From: Eledone cirrhosa
Taxonomy: Eukaryota
Length of the DNA stretch: 64,000 nt
Direction: 5' to 3'
Assembly: GCA_964016885.1 (NCBI GenBank)
Contig: OZ024758.1
Span: 28,954,001 to 29,018,000 of the forward strand
Positions 12,160-23,997 of the stretch are shown piece by piece. Position 1 is the stretch's first letter. Each line of letters begins with the position of its first letter. The translations under genes were made by a program, and so were the position numbers. A model generated the notes under the pieces. It did not search any database. It had not been told where the DNA came from and worked only from the letters and a program-made list of their open reading frames with translations.

Positions 12160-12495
12160 AAATAATTGTTTCTACTTTAGGCACAAGGCCAACAATTTTA
12201 AGGGAAAGGAAGTCGATTAAATCGACCCCAGTGCATTACTGGTGCTTTATTTTAGCAACTCCGTAACTATGAAAGGCAAAGCTAACCTCGTTGGGATTTG
12301 AACTCAATAATTGTTTCTACTTTTGGCACAAGGCCAGCAATTATCCCAGTGAATTACTGGTGCTTTATTTTATTGACCCCATAAAGATGAAAGACAAAGT
12401 TACCATCAGCGGGATTTGAACTCAGAACGTAAAGGGCCATAACTCTATGCTGTAAAGCATGGTGTCTGACGCTCTACTGATACTGCCAATCCACG
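12160..12495 (-). mobile_element. tRNA-derived SINE family A (two fragments)
   Basis: CTTTCATC..GGGGTC.ATAAAATAAAG core (Meta/MESC-like by recall), B box GAGTTCAAATCC, (ATT)n tail. Confidence 0.85.
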
Positions 12496-12969
12496 TGACA
12501 TATTTGGCAAATTTTTGTTTTTCCTTTTGCAAACAATGCCTGAAAGGACATTTCAACTAAACTCATTTAGAATACAATATCTGGATTTTGAGATCAATAA
12601 TGCCAATCAGCTTGTTCCTAACTAAATTACTACTAGTTATTTCCATTTAAATATACTGAATGACATACCAACAATTAATGAGTTGGAATTTTCCTCTCGG
12701 AGAAAGGAAACAAAAAGCAGGCAGCATTTGTTAAAACTCTGTGTATTCAATGTTGATAGTTAAACAATATTCAAGGGGTTGAGTATGTGTGTGTGTCTGT
12801 GTAATGTCCGAACAAGTACCCTCTACCGCCAATTAACTTACCCTCTGCCTCATGGTCTCAGTTGAGACAATGAGGCAAACTGTTTCTGGCTTAGTTTCGA
12901 CAGCTGGATGTCCATCTTGGCACCAATAACTTAAAGTACATTCTTCTTTTCTTTTGCTAACCACCTTCG

Positions 12970-13210
12970 TTACTGAGGGTCAGGAATCATAGACAATTGC
13001 ACCATTGCTCTCCACTGATACCTCTTCCCTACCACAATCGTGCACTCCACTAGCATTCTTTCCATCCATTCCCTGATGTCATCGCTCTTGTGTCTCCTTG
13101 GTCTTCTTCTCAATCTTCTGCCATTGATGCATCTCCCAAGGTTGTGGTTAGAAAGGTTCTGGACCTTAATGACATGGCCAAAGTATTTAACTCTATCTAT
13201 GCCATTCACT
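12970..13210 (-). mobile_element. RTE LINE 3' fragment
   Basis: KYFGHV..INGRRLRRRPRR..DDIREW..WRAMV. Confidence 0.8.
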
Positions 13211-14419
13211 TATTTCAGTTATTTCTCTTAGCTCAATTTTACTTTTTAAAATTTCCATTTGAAGTTGCTTAAAAGTTCAAAATTCTAATAACTACCGAAG
13301 TCTTCCATGTCTTGCACACGTTGATATATAACGTGCATTCATGTATAACGTGCGTTCGTGTATAATGTGCATCTCTTTTTGACCATCACATGTCCATACC
13401 ACCTCAGTCTCTTCTCCCGTACACTCTCCAGATACACAAGCTTATTCATTTTTCAGAATTTTTCCAAACCCACAGCTTAAATTTTGAAAATCTATCTCTG
13501 GTGAAATTTTATTTTAAGTAGTAGCATTCCTGAAACAATTGATTTTCTTTAGACATTAAAAAACATTATACATGACAAAAAAAGTACATTACTAGAAATC
13601 CTACATGTTATCAAATAAATAGGATCGGTTGGAGTCTCAATATGTAAACTAAATAACTAATTCTGGTTTTAAAATGTACAAAACCTAAAAAACTTACCGA
13701 TTTTCTAATAAACCCTGTATTATTTGGGTCCCAAGAGCAGTTATCAGTTTTGTATAAAACCATTTATTACTATTTGTTTGTGTTTATATTGGAAGCTTTT
13801 CTTATTTTAGTAATTTAAAGCATAGAATTATTTCTTTCTCTTCCTTAGTATCATGTTTGCAAGGGTCATAGAAATTGGCTTACTCAAGACAAGCAGAATA
13901 TCTGTACATAGAAAGTTAACTGTGGCATGGTCCAAAAATAACTGACATACCACACATACCATATTTTCACTTGTTTCCTAGATCTAACAATACACCTTAA
14001 ACAAGAACTTGTTTCATGTTAGTACTATCATCACATTACATTAGTTTTATTTAGAATATTTCAATTGTTTTAATATCCTGTTTTATCAGTTTCTTTATCC
14101 TTTGTAATAGAAGGTCTTTTGAGTATCACCTTACATAGTGGGTTCGAGATAAACACTCACACATACATATATATAATGTATATTGGCAGTGGCATTAACA
14201 TAGCGTGGTGCATAATAGAGGTTTATATAAAGGTATATACAATATGTTAATGTATAATAAACATATGTCTTGCTATGACTGTTTTTAGCTGTGACATAAT
14301 CAATAGTCATGTGGGACCTCTAGACATTAGTGTTTCAGGATTATATATTCATCATCAGTGATGTTTACTCAGTCAGTACTGGGATTAGAATTGGCTACAG
14401 CTTATACTTTTTGCTACTG

Positions 14420-14860
14420 AGACAGCTGTGACATATTTGGTCATGAACCTTTGGTAATGGCTGAAAGAATGTGATTGCAAATACAAGCGACTGAAATTGA
14501 GGTTCCTCTTAAGGGTCTTTGGGGTAACATTACTTGATAGTGCGTAGCTTCGAGAGTCGCCCCATGTAGAGCCACTACTTCTCCAAATTGAGAGACCACA
14601 ACTCCAATGTTGGAGACATGCGGTTAGAATGTCTCGGGAAAGAATCGATGGGTAGATTTTTATGGGTAAAACCAACTGACAGGAGACCCAGGGGTAGACC
14701 CTGAGCAAGATGGTTGGACAACATCCATGTCTTTGGCTGGTCTCACTTGGGGTTCCAGTCCGATCAACTGGAGACAGATGCTTCTGACAGGACACACTGG
14801 AAGGAGTACTTGAGGACTCTGCCCCCATGACCCTCTCAGAAATAAGTGGGCAAAGAAGAT
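14420..14860 (+). mobile_element. Decayed RTE LINE 3' fragment (family of 36680-37280)
   Basis: GHEP.VM, IQATE, LLLQIER, RRPRGRP.ARWLDNIH in broken frames. Confidence 0.8.
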
Positions 14861-14978
14861 ATTTGAACAGTTAAATGAAAGTGTATGGGAAAGTTTACAA
14901 TATAAAAAGGGAATTATTTTTATTTTATCAAAAGAATACTAATAATATGTATGAGTGTTTTGTGGATTAGAGTCTTAA

Positions 14979-15189
14979 CCCTTTAGCATTTAAACTGGCC
15001 ATATCCAGCCAGAATTCTCTCACCTCTTTCTGTTCAAACTGGCCATAACTAGCCACTCATGCTGATGTTAAAGTATTGTTCTCAAAATAAATAATATCAA
15101 AATCTCATAGATTCGATATTATGTGAGATAAGCAAGCCATTACCACAAACATACAATAATATATATAGAGTAATTTAAATGATAAAAGG
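14979..15189. mobile_element. TTAA MITE family 1
   Basis: TIRs and TTAA flanks. Confidence 0.85.
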
Positions 15190-15341
15190 TTAAATGGAAG
15201 AAAGCTGCACGAAAGGGGCTTAGTTTATTATATGTTCACCATTGTCTGAAGAGTTTTCAAATAGAATTGAAATATATAAAAACCTTAATGCAAGAATGAA
15301 AAGATTTTTGATTAAGTTTTCTCACTCTTGCCTACTTCCTT

Positions 15342-15381
<40 letters not shown>

Positions 15382-16543
15382 AACACCTCGAAGTGAAAAT
15401 ATTTTATTACGTTATATACTTGTAGATAAGTTGAGGTTTTTTTATTTAAAAAAAAATGTGTGGAAAGCCGCATGCAACTCGTCTACTGAATATTATTTGG
15501 GGCTTCAAATAGCAAGTAATGAAGCCATAATATTTTCAGTACATATGAGTTTACATACACATCTAAACATACAGGAGTTCATACAGTAGTTTCTTATGTT
15601 AGACATATAAAATAAATATATGTTCTAAAAATCTTATACCTTCATTGACCTATATATATATATATATAGATGTTTCCATAGCTACCTATATATATATATA
15701 TAGGTAGCTATGGAAACATCTGAATCATCTTCCAGACCCAACGGAAACCTTTCTCTCTCGCCCCTCCCCCCTCTCTCTCTCTCGCCCCTCCCCCTCTCTG
15801 ATATAAGTTTACACTAGGAATTGATAAGATTTTATTTTCATCACTTGTATTACTTCCAGCACTTCTTAGTTCCTAATAAATATCGTTTGTAAGTATGCTT
15901 AAGGGAAACCCTTTCTCAGCAAATATATATATCTGTAGACGATGATGGTGGTGGAGATTAGAGAGAGACGCAGAGGAAGAGGATAAAAAAAAAATGTAGT
16001 AGATGAAAATATGCAGAGATGTCTTGGATTTGGGAAGAACTGAAGGTAGATAAGGATAGCATAAATTTGAATAAGGCAAGCATAAAGAACTAAAGGGAAA
16101 AGATAATGTCAACTGTACACAATGCTGCTAAAGCTATTTAGTTCACTATGTAAAAAGTAAAAAAAAAACGAGAGAAAAGGATTGGCAGAATGTTTTGAAT
16201 GTTGGGTAGAATACTTTCTGCTGTCTGCTCCAACTCTCTGTTCACATCCCACCAAGATCAACCTCTCTGTTCACATCCCACCAAGATCAACTTTGCCTTT
16301 CATTTTTTTCAAGCTTAATAAAAAAAAATTCAGTACTGGGGTCAGTTTTTCCTCTATATCTCTTTCTCACTTCTCACTTCTCTCTCTCACTTCTCTTTCT
16401 CACTTCTCTCTCTCACTTCTCTCTCTTACTTCTCTCTCTCACTTCTCTCTCTGTCTTTTCTGGAAGAAATCATCTGACTTCAGACCTAGAGAGAGAATGG
16501 GTTCCACCAGGTCTAAAGTGCCAAAGACATGCATATATATATA

Positions 16544-16731
16544 TAATTGTTTCTACTTTAGGCACAAGGCCAGCAATTACCCAGTGCATTACTGGTACTT
16601 TATTTTATCGACCCCGTAAGGATGAAAGGCAAAGTCAACCTCGGCGGGATTTGAACTCAGATCGTAAAGGGATGTAACTATGCTGGAAAGCATGGCGTCC
16701 GACCCTCTACCGATACTGCCAATCCACCGCC
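16544..16731 (-). mobile_element. SINE family A, full length
   Basis: GGCGGTGGATTGGCAGTATCGGTAGA head to AGAAACAATTAT tail, between (TA)n tracts. Confidence 0.9.
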
Positions 16732-16795
16732 CTATATATATATATATAATCATAGAAAAAAAGAGAATCAGTGTTGCGACGAATGGAATTTATTG

Positions 16796-16896
16796 GATAT
16801 ATTACAATCGTTTCTCTGGCGACAATCATTTCTCGAGGTGCGATCGATGTGATGATCGAACCTGACTCTGAAAATCGCCAGGTCCTCAGATACATC
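16796..16896 (-). ncRNA. Type I hammerhead ribozyme motif, long stem II, in a ~170-bp insert between (TA)n tracts
   Basis: GATGTAT-CTGAGGA-C-CTGGCGA...TCGCCAG-A-GAAAC-GATT-GTA-ATATATC; 7-bp stem I. Confidence 0.8.
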
Positions 16897-16918
16897 TTGA
16901 TTCTACGAAGCAGATTTT

Positions 16919-16955
<37 letters not shown>

Positions 16956-18052
16956 CAGCATCATCATTGTTTAATGTCCATCTTCTATGCTACCATGGGT
17001 AGGACGGCCTGTCCCTTTGTGAGGGATGAGGTCGGGGGACCGTGATTTGCTCACACAGCTGATTTTGGCTTGGTTTCTACGTCTGGATGCCTTTCCTAAT
17101 GCTAACCACATTTACAGTGTGTGCTGGGTGCTATATATATATATATATATATATATATCATCCAACCAGTTAACTGCCAAGCCCTTTGCCAATCAGTTAG
17201 AAACTAGCTGTTGAAACAGCAAGAGCTCAGCTGTCGGGTTCCAACTCTTTATAATATATATATATATGTATATAAGGCATATGTGTATATATATATATAT
17301 ACATATATGCCTTATACATTGTAAATGATTGACAATTATCTTTTTCTTTTGATTATTATTGTTTGAAAATTTCTTATGGTGAAATTCATTTGTAAAAAAA
17401 AAAATTATGTACATTTATTTTCAGCTGAATTTTATGACAATATGGTCATTTTAATGTATATCTAAAAATTAACTTTTTTTTTTTTTTTTTTTTTTTTTTT
17501 GTATTTTAAAACATCAGACATAATTATAAACTTTTTTTTTTTCCAATTATGACAGATATTACATCTACAGGTAACATGTCTTTTTAAATAGATACTTTTT
17601 ATATTTGTGTGAACTGAAAGAATGTTATTATAATCTGAAATATTATATTGTAAGAATATTTGGCACCGTAGTATTATTTGATATGACTTGCTTTGAGATA
17701 GACAGAGACAAAAAGCCCCAAAAGCACTGTCTTTTTATTTTTCATGAACATATGAAAAAAACATATGTTACACATGCTTTCTTCTGAAAGGCTGTGGGAT
17801 CCACATCTATGCGTGTCCCAAAACCATAATATTGGTAGACTGACATTTCTCTACAGAACCAAACAAATTCTTGCCTTGAACAGCTGCTAATATAATTCAC
17901 CACTAAAATACTACCACAGAACATAGTCCTCATTTATCTAGGACAGTGCAACATATTCCAGTCTGACAGAATAGAGGAAGCAAACTATCTTTTCTTTTAG
18001 GCCCCCGTTTTTATTACCACCACTGCAAAGCAGTGCCACAGTATTGCCTTAA

Positions 18053-18287
18053 CCCTTTCATCACCATATTTCTAATGAAAGATACTGCCTATGACTGTCA
18101 AATAACTTTGAAAATAGTCAAGAGTTTGATGAGATTTAATAATATAACTTTCTCATCACCGCAGTGGTGTTTGGAGCATAACTTAAGTGATTCTGACATA
18201 ATTATGATGAAATAATTTCAGATAAATATAAACACTTTAAAACAAACAGTTTTCTATTATAGAACCAGGGGTTTGGTATCTAAAGGA
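18053..18287. mobile_element. TTAA MITE family 2 (CCCTTT..T.ACC end)
   Basis: TTAACCCTTTCATCACCATATTTCTAATGAAAG...GGTATCTAAAGGATTAA; relatives near 23555-23785, 33750-33983, 59175-59400. Confidence 0.7.
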
Positions 18288-18299
18288 TTAACTGTGTTA

Positions 18300-19080
18300 G
18301 CTAAAACAAACTGAAGGACTACAAAAGATTTGTGTATTTTAAAACTGTTGCAATCTTACTTTAATCTCCTTTTATTGGAGCACTTAATAAAACCCTCGAA
18401 AAAAGACTAAATGGAAGTTGCACAAGATTCCAGAGACACGCTTTCAACATATCTTGGCGACAGAGAGTCACAAATGGAGAACTCTATCTGGATAGTCCTG
18501 CCATGTTGGATATTGTTCATCTAAGATGGAGGCACATGGCTTAGTGGTTAGAGCATTGGCCTTGCAATTGAAAGGTTGTGAGTTCAATTCTCAGACCGGG
18601 TGATGTGTTGTTTCCTTGAGAAGACACTTTATTTCACATTGCTCCAGTTTACTCAGCTGTAGAAATGAGATGATAGGGACTGGGGTCACTATCATTCCAC
18701 TGCAAAGTGGTTGTGGAGGTGCCACGGTAAAAAAGCACCTAGCACTCACTGTAAATGAGGTTGGTGTTAGGAAGGGCATCCAGCTGTAGAAATCAAGGCA
18801 GAATCAGTTCCCGTTCCACCCTTGCAAGCAGGGAAAAGCGGACGTAAAATGATGATGATGATAAGGATATGTTTTGTGAGGCATTGTTGCAGGGCAAACG
18901 AGTGCCTATTATGGAAACCTGCACACGGTCATAGAAGTAGAGGTCGTCCAGCATCAACGTATCTGGATATGGTATACGTTGACACGGGAGGAAATTTAAA
19001 ACGGATTTTGGAGGGATACTAGTTCGAGACAAATGGATGGAGTACTGTTCATTATTGGATCGAGGAAACTCGACTCATGA
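18300..19080 (+). mobile_element. Decayed RTE LINE 3' part interrupted by SINE B (18528-18862)
   Basis: LEKRLNGSCTR..AFNISWRQRVTNGELY before the SINE; HCCRANE..LLWKPAHGHRSRGRPASTYLD after it. Confidence 0.8.
18528..18862 (+). mobile_element. SINE family B
   Basis: GGAGGCACATGGCTTAGTGGTTAGAGC head, (GAT)n tail. Confidence 0.9.
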
Positions 19081-20378
19081 GTGAGATTGGAGCTCTATTT
19101 CTGCTTGTGTTCCAATCAATTGCTCAACTCAGCAGAAATGGTAGTATCAAATGAACTGCCTTATATTTATCCCAGCCTCTTGCATTCTGAGTTCAGATCT
19201 TCATTTTCATCTTTCCGAGGTCTATAAATACGGTACCAGTCCAGGGCAGTGGACTAACAGAATCAGTAGAGTGTTGGATGGAATTCTTTGTGATATTTGT
19301 TCCAGCTTTTTACCTTCTGAAATCTTTTTGGGTGTAGGCTTAATCCTTTGTCTGGTTTGATATCATCAAATAGCTCTTGTATTCCTTAGTGAAGTTGCAA
19401 GCATTTGGGCTGAGCCTCCCATTTGAGGATACCTTCTCTCCTCTCACCAATCTTAGAGACCTTGAAAAGAGTGACAGGCATTCTACTTCCTCCAAACTGA
19501 TAAAAATTCCTTTTAAAGGCCCAACTATTCCATTTTTGTTCCCAAAAAAGCTTCAATATGTTCCCTAGATCAAAAAATAGTTTTAAAAAATAGTTTTACA
19601 GGGGAAGTTTTAATGATCTAGATAAAATATAAAATATTTCAAATCAAATAAAATTGTGATAGTGTGCCTAAATATTTTGACAACATTTCAGACTATATAA
19701 CTTTCATTTTAATTAACGTTGTTCAGTGTATTTGTGAATTTTGTGCGTATCTTTTAAGAAAATTAGATATTTTTGTATCAAAATAGATTAATAGTTGTGA
19801 ATTTCTAACTTTTAATTGAATGCTGGTGTAATATAGATATTTGGCATTTTCTTTATTACAAATAAATGCATGCAAAGACATTTAAAATGTTAACCTTGAA
19901 AATTTGTTTGCTGTTGTGCATTAAGAGTTTATTGTTAATGTGTAGTGTTTTTAACATGCTTCTATATATATTTTTCAAAATACTCAAATTTATTTCTAGG
20001 ATAAACTTACATAAAAATAATAATTTAATATTTAGTCAAAAATACAGGAAAATAAATTTTCTTATCCATTTTGCATAAAAGCCCTTGCTTTTGGTGAGGA
20101 TATCAGTATTAGGGCTCATATTATTTAGATCAACTGTTACTAGAAAAAAAATTAGATCTTGAGATTATGATTTTATGAATATTAAATTAGGTTAAATAAA
20201 ATTTTAAATAAGTCTTTTACTTAACCATTGGTATATGTCCATAACATTGCTTTTGTTGCTGTTTATCTAATGTTAGGGTAGCTAGTAACAAAACAAACAA
20301 ACTGTTCCTAGCTACTGCTAATCTTGGTATTTGCCAGCTTTTATTGTTTCATATTTTAGGCAGTTTGCTTTATGGCCA

Positions 20379-20747
20379 TGTAGTTCTGGGTTCAATCTAA
20401 TTTCTCAGCACCTAAGACCTGTAGTTCTGGGTTCAATCTAATTTCTCAGCACCTAGGACCTGTAGTTCTGGGTTCAATCTAATTTCTCAGCACCTAGGAC
20501 CTGTAGTTCTGGGTTCAATCTAATTTCTCAGCACCTAGGACCTGTAGTTCTGGGTTCAATCTAATTTCTCAGCACCTAAGACATGTAGTTCTGGGTTCAA
20601 TCTAATTTCTCAGCACCTAAGACATGTAGTTCTGGGTTCAATCTAATTTCTCAGCACCTAGGACATGTAGTTCTGGGTTCAATCTAATTTCTCAGCACCT
20701 AGGACCTGTAGTTCTGGGTTCAATCTAATTTCTCGGCACCTACGTCA
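20379..20747 (+). repeat. 41-bp tandem array x9 from the B-box region of an old tRNA-SINE
   Basis: TGTAGTTCTGGGTTCAATCTAATTTCTC at a 41-bp period; continues into SINE-like AGTGTCTTCTACTATA. Confidence 0.93.
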
Positions 20748-21239
20748 TGTATTTAGTGTCTTCTACTATACATCCACATTTATCAAGGCTTTGGGAATAG
20801 ACAGAAACTTTGAAGAAGCCCATCATAAGAGTATGGGTTTGTGTTTGTCAGTAAAAACAATGAATAAATACATCAAAGAATTAATGTAGTGAACTAGTGA
20901 TTGTCCTGTTGGAAACATAACCAACATCACCATTGTTCATAAAATCTGGGATATGAACAAAAAAAGAAGCCAAATTAAATGACTCCATTTTGACTTCCAA
21001 TCAAAGGCATTTGAGTTTACTTAGTTTTGCTAATGGAATTAGCAGTGTATGGGCATTACAGCTTACCCTTTTTTCCCACCCTAAAAATCTCAGGATTTTA
21101 TGAAATATAAAGTTCACCCCTGCTTTAGGAGGAACTATTATTGCTGTTTATTATTGTAAAAAGTACTGATGTATTGAGACAGTAAAAACCATGCACATAT
21201 TTTCTATAGTACACATGGAATTAATGAACATTTGTTTAG

Positions 21240-21809
21240 CTGTTTAGCATTTACATTACTTTATACTATTATATTTTTGTGGTAAAGGCTTTACCTCACA
21301 TAATTATTTCACATATCGAAGGCACATGGCTTAGTGGTTAGAGCATTGGGCTTGCAATCGAAAGGTTGTGAGTTCAATTCTCAGACCGGGTGATGTGTTG
21401 TTTCCTTGAGCAAGACACTTTATTTCACATTGCTCCAGTTTACTCAGCTGTAGAAATGAGATGATAGGACTGGGGTCCCTATCATTCCACTGTTAAGTGG
21501 TCGTGGAGGAGCCACGGCAAAAAAGCACTCAGCACTCACTGTAAATGAGGTTGGTGTAAGGAAGGGCATCCAGCTGTAGAAATCAAGCCAGAATCAGTTC
21601 CCGTATGAGCAGGAGAAGGTCAGCTGACCGGACACTGCCCACAACAGGACAACCCGTCTAACCCATGATGATCAAATCTATGAGATTTTGATATTATTCA
21701 TTTTGAAAACAATACCTTAACATCAATATGAGTGGCCAGTTACAGCCGGTTTGAACAGAAAGAAGTGAGGGAATTCTGGCCAGATGTGGCCATTTTAAAT
21801 GCTAAAGGG
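21240..21809. mobile_element. TTAA MITE family 1 with nested SINE B (21320-21672, +)
   Basis: MITE halves flank the SINE and rejoin at ATC(G/A)AA. Confidence 0.8.
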
Positions 21810-22356
21810 TTAAATTCAAATTGTTTGCCATGACACAAAATAGATTTAGATATTTTAAGAATATACATTAAAATATGTATTTACACTCGAGCACTTCTTG
21901 GATTCATTCTTTAATAGAATTTAGTTATCTATAGCTGGTTAGACTTAAAACATTAAAAATAAAAATATAACTAAAATTTAACAATGTTTATATGGACATA
22001 TTTGTACATTTATATATGTAGCAGAAATAATTCTTTGTGTACATTTTGACAAGCCATATATATTACATTATTGATTTAAGGAATATAATAATGGGAATTT
22101 GTCTTAACATTTAGAAAGTAAGTAGATTGAATTTTGGTAATTGCAATTTAGCTTATATGTGAAGAATAGAAATGTCATTGGTGATTCAATAAATTTATGA
22201 TATTTTGAGTTTAGAACTCTGAGAAAATAGCAGTATATTATTTTATTTACATCATATTTTACTATAATCCTTTTCTTTGTTGTTTCTGATTTTAAAAGTT
22301 TCTTGAGCCCAGAGGCTCATCAGGCTGAAGCTTGTCTCAATATAATGTGACTTTAA

Positions 22357-22546
22357 CCTGTTAGTATTTAAACCGGCTAGAATTCTCTCACCTCTTTCTG
22401 TTTAAACCGGTCATAACTGGCCACTGATATTGATGTTACGGTATTGTTCTCAAAATAAGTATCAAAATCTCATAGATTTGATATTATGTGAGATAAAACC
22501 TTTACCATGAAAATACAATTGTAAATATAATGTAAATGCTAAAGGG
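22357..22546. mobile_element. TTAA MITE family 1
   Basis: TIRs and TTAA flanks. Confidence 0.8.
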
Positions 22547-23860
22547 TTAAACAGCCGAGAGTACATGTGACAGGTTTGTAGCAAGGTTAACTCCAAGCTG
22601 CTGGTCTGTTGCAAGGTTAACTCATCTTTTCAGCTGAGAGGACTGGAGCACTGTCAAATGAAGTATTTTGCTCAAGGACACAACACATTGTCCATTCTGT
22701 ACATCTTCACATCTCATTTCTGATAGATATATGAAAATATTCCATGGTCTAGTATTTTTACTTTATCTCCAATATCTCTTTGACAGTCTATTTGATTATA
22801 CTAGTTCACCTTGATGTGCAAATTATTTATACTATAATGTATTTCAAGGTTTACAATTGGACTAAATGAAAGCAAAATGAAAAGCCATATGGCTGTTGTC
22901 AAAACTATAACTTAATTAAAATGTTCATCTATTAAAATGGTATCTTAACCTCTATATAGTTAGAGGAGTACATATTTACTACTTATCCTTAACTTGTTTG
23001 TAATTTAATTTACACCACCAGTCCTTAATTTTCTGACATTATTCTCCATTTTCAAAACATCAATGATGTGGTGGATTGATAGTACCCGGTAGAGCATCGG
23101 ACAACATACTTGGCATGGAGTTACAGTACTTTATGTTCTGATTTTAAATCCTGCCACGGTTAGCTTTGCTTTTCATCCTTACAGGATCGATAAAATAAAG
23201 CACGACCCCTTCCCCAAAAATTGTTGGCTTTGTTCCTAAATCAGAAGCCCTTATTTATTTTTGGTTTTATGTTAATTCTTGGTTTTGAATATTTCCACGC
23301 TGGCGATCTACACAATAAATACATCCAATACACTCTGTAAAGTGGTTGGTGATAGGACCGTTCAGCTGTATCAAAGGTATAACAGCCCCCCTGGTGCTGC
23401 TGTCAAGATAAAATGATCTCAGTAGAGGGTAGGGTCGCATGTAAGTGAAATCTAGGCCTCTTGATCCAACTGAGAAGTCAGTAGCTCCATCTGAGTACTG
23501 ACTGGTCCGTGATGATACACCCAACCCTTGCTAGCAGGGAAAACGAACATTAACACTTTTGTTACCAACCCAGTCAAAACTGGCTCTGATTCTTCAAAAT
23601 AAAACCACTCATTTTAAAGGTTTCCAATTTGAATTAAAATCTTCCAACATAATTTTATATAAGAACTTTATATTAAGTTACTATTTTAATAATGAAATAA
23701 TTGATAATTTTAGTAAATCCCTCAAAATGTTTCAAAAACTAACTGAAATAGAATGTGTTTCATTAGAAATATGGTCATGAAACGGTTAAATGATGATGTC
23801 ACTTAAAATGAGTTCCTACAAACAACTTAATTAATTTAGTATCGTGGCAATAAATATATA

Positions 23861-23997
23861 CAGGGTGGCACAAAAGTGATGCACCACCCTAATCCTTTAT
23901 TTAGGAACATTCATCACATTTACTTACAAAAATAACAAATATGAAAATATTATGGCAAAGTTTTATTTTACTGGTGTGTGACTTTTGCACCACCCTG
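23861..23997. mobile_element. Tc1/mariner MITE
   Basis: TA-CAGGGTGGCACAAAAGT...ACTTTTGCACCACCCTG-TA. Confidence 0.85.

Noticed and set aside
11613-12161. Cluster of short ORFs as exons or a Penelope RT
   Set aside because: No recognisable domain, stops in the plausible frames, weak splice signals.
15240-15285. CTGAAGA...GAAATATATA hammerhead-like spacing
   Set aside because: Stems I and II pair too poorly to distinguish from chance.
18528-18600. Functional tRNA genes at SINE heads
   Set aside because: A/B boxes run into SINE bodies and tails; no complete cloverleaf.
22290-22328. Hammerhead on minus strand (CTGATGAGCC...GAAAC)
   Set aside because: The hairpin uses the core GA, stems I and III are absent, and it is the 3' stem-loop of a SINE.
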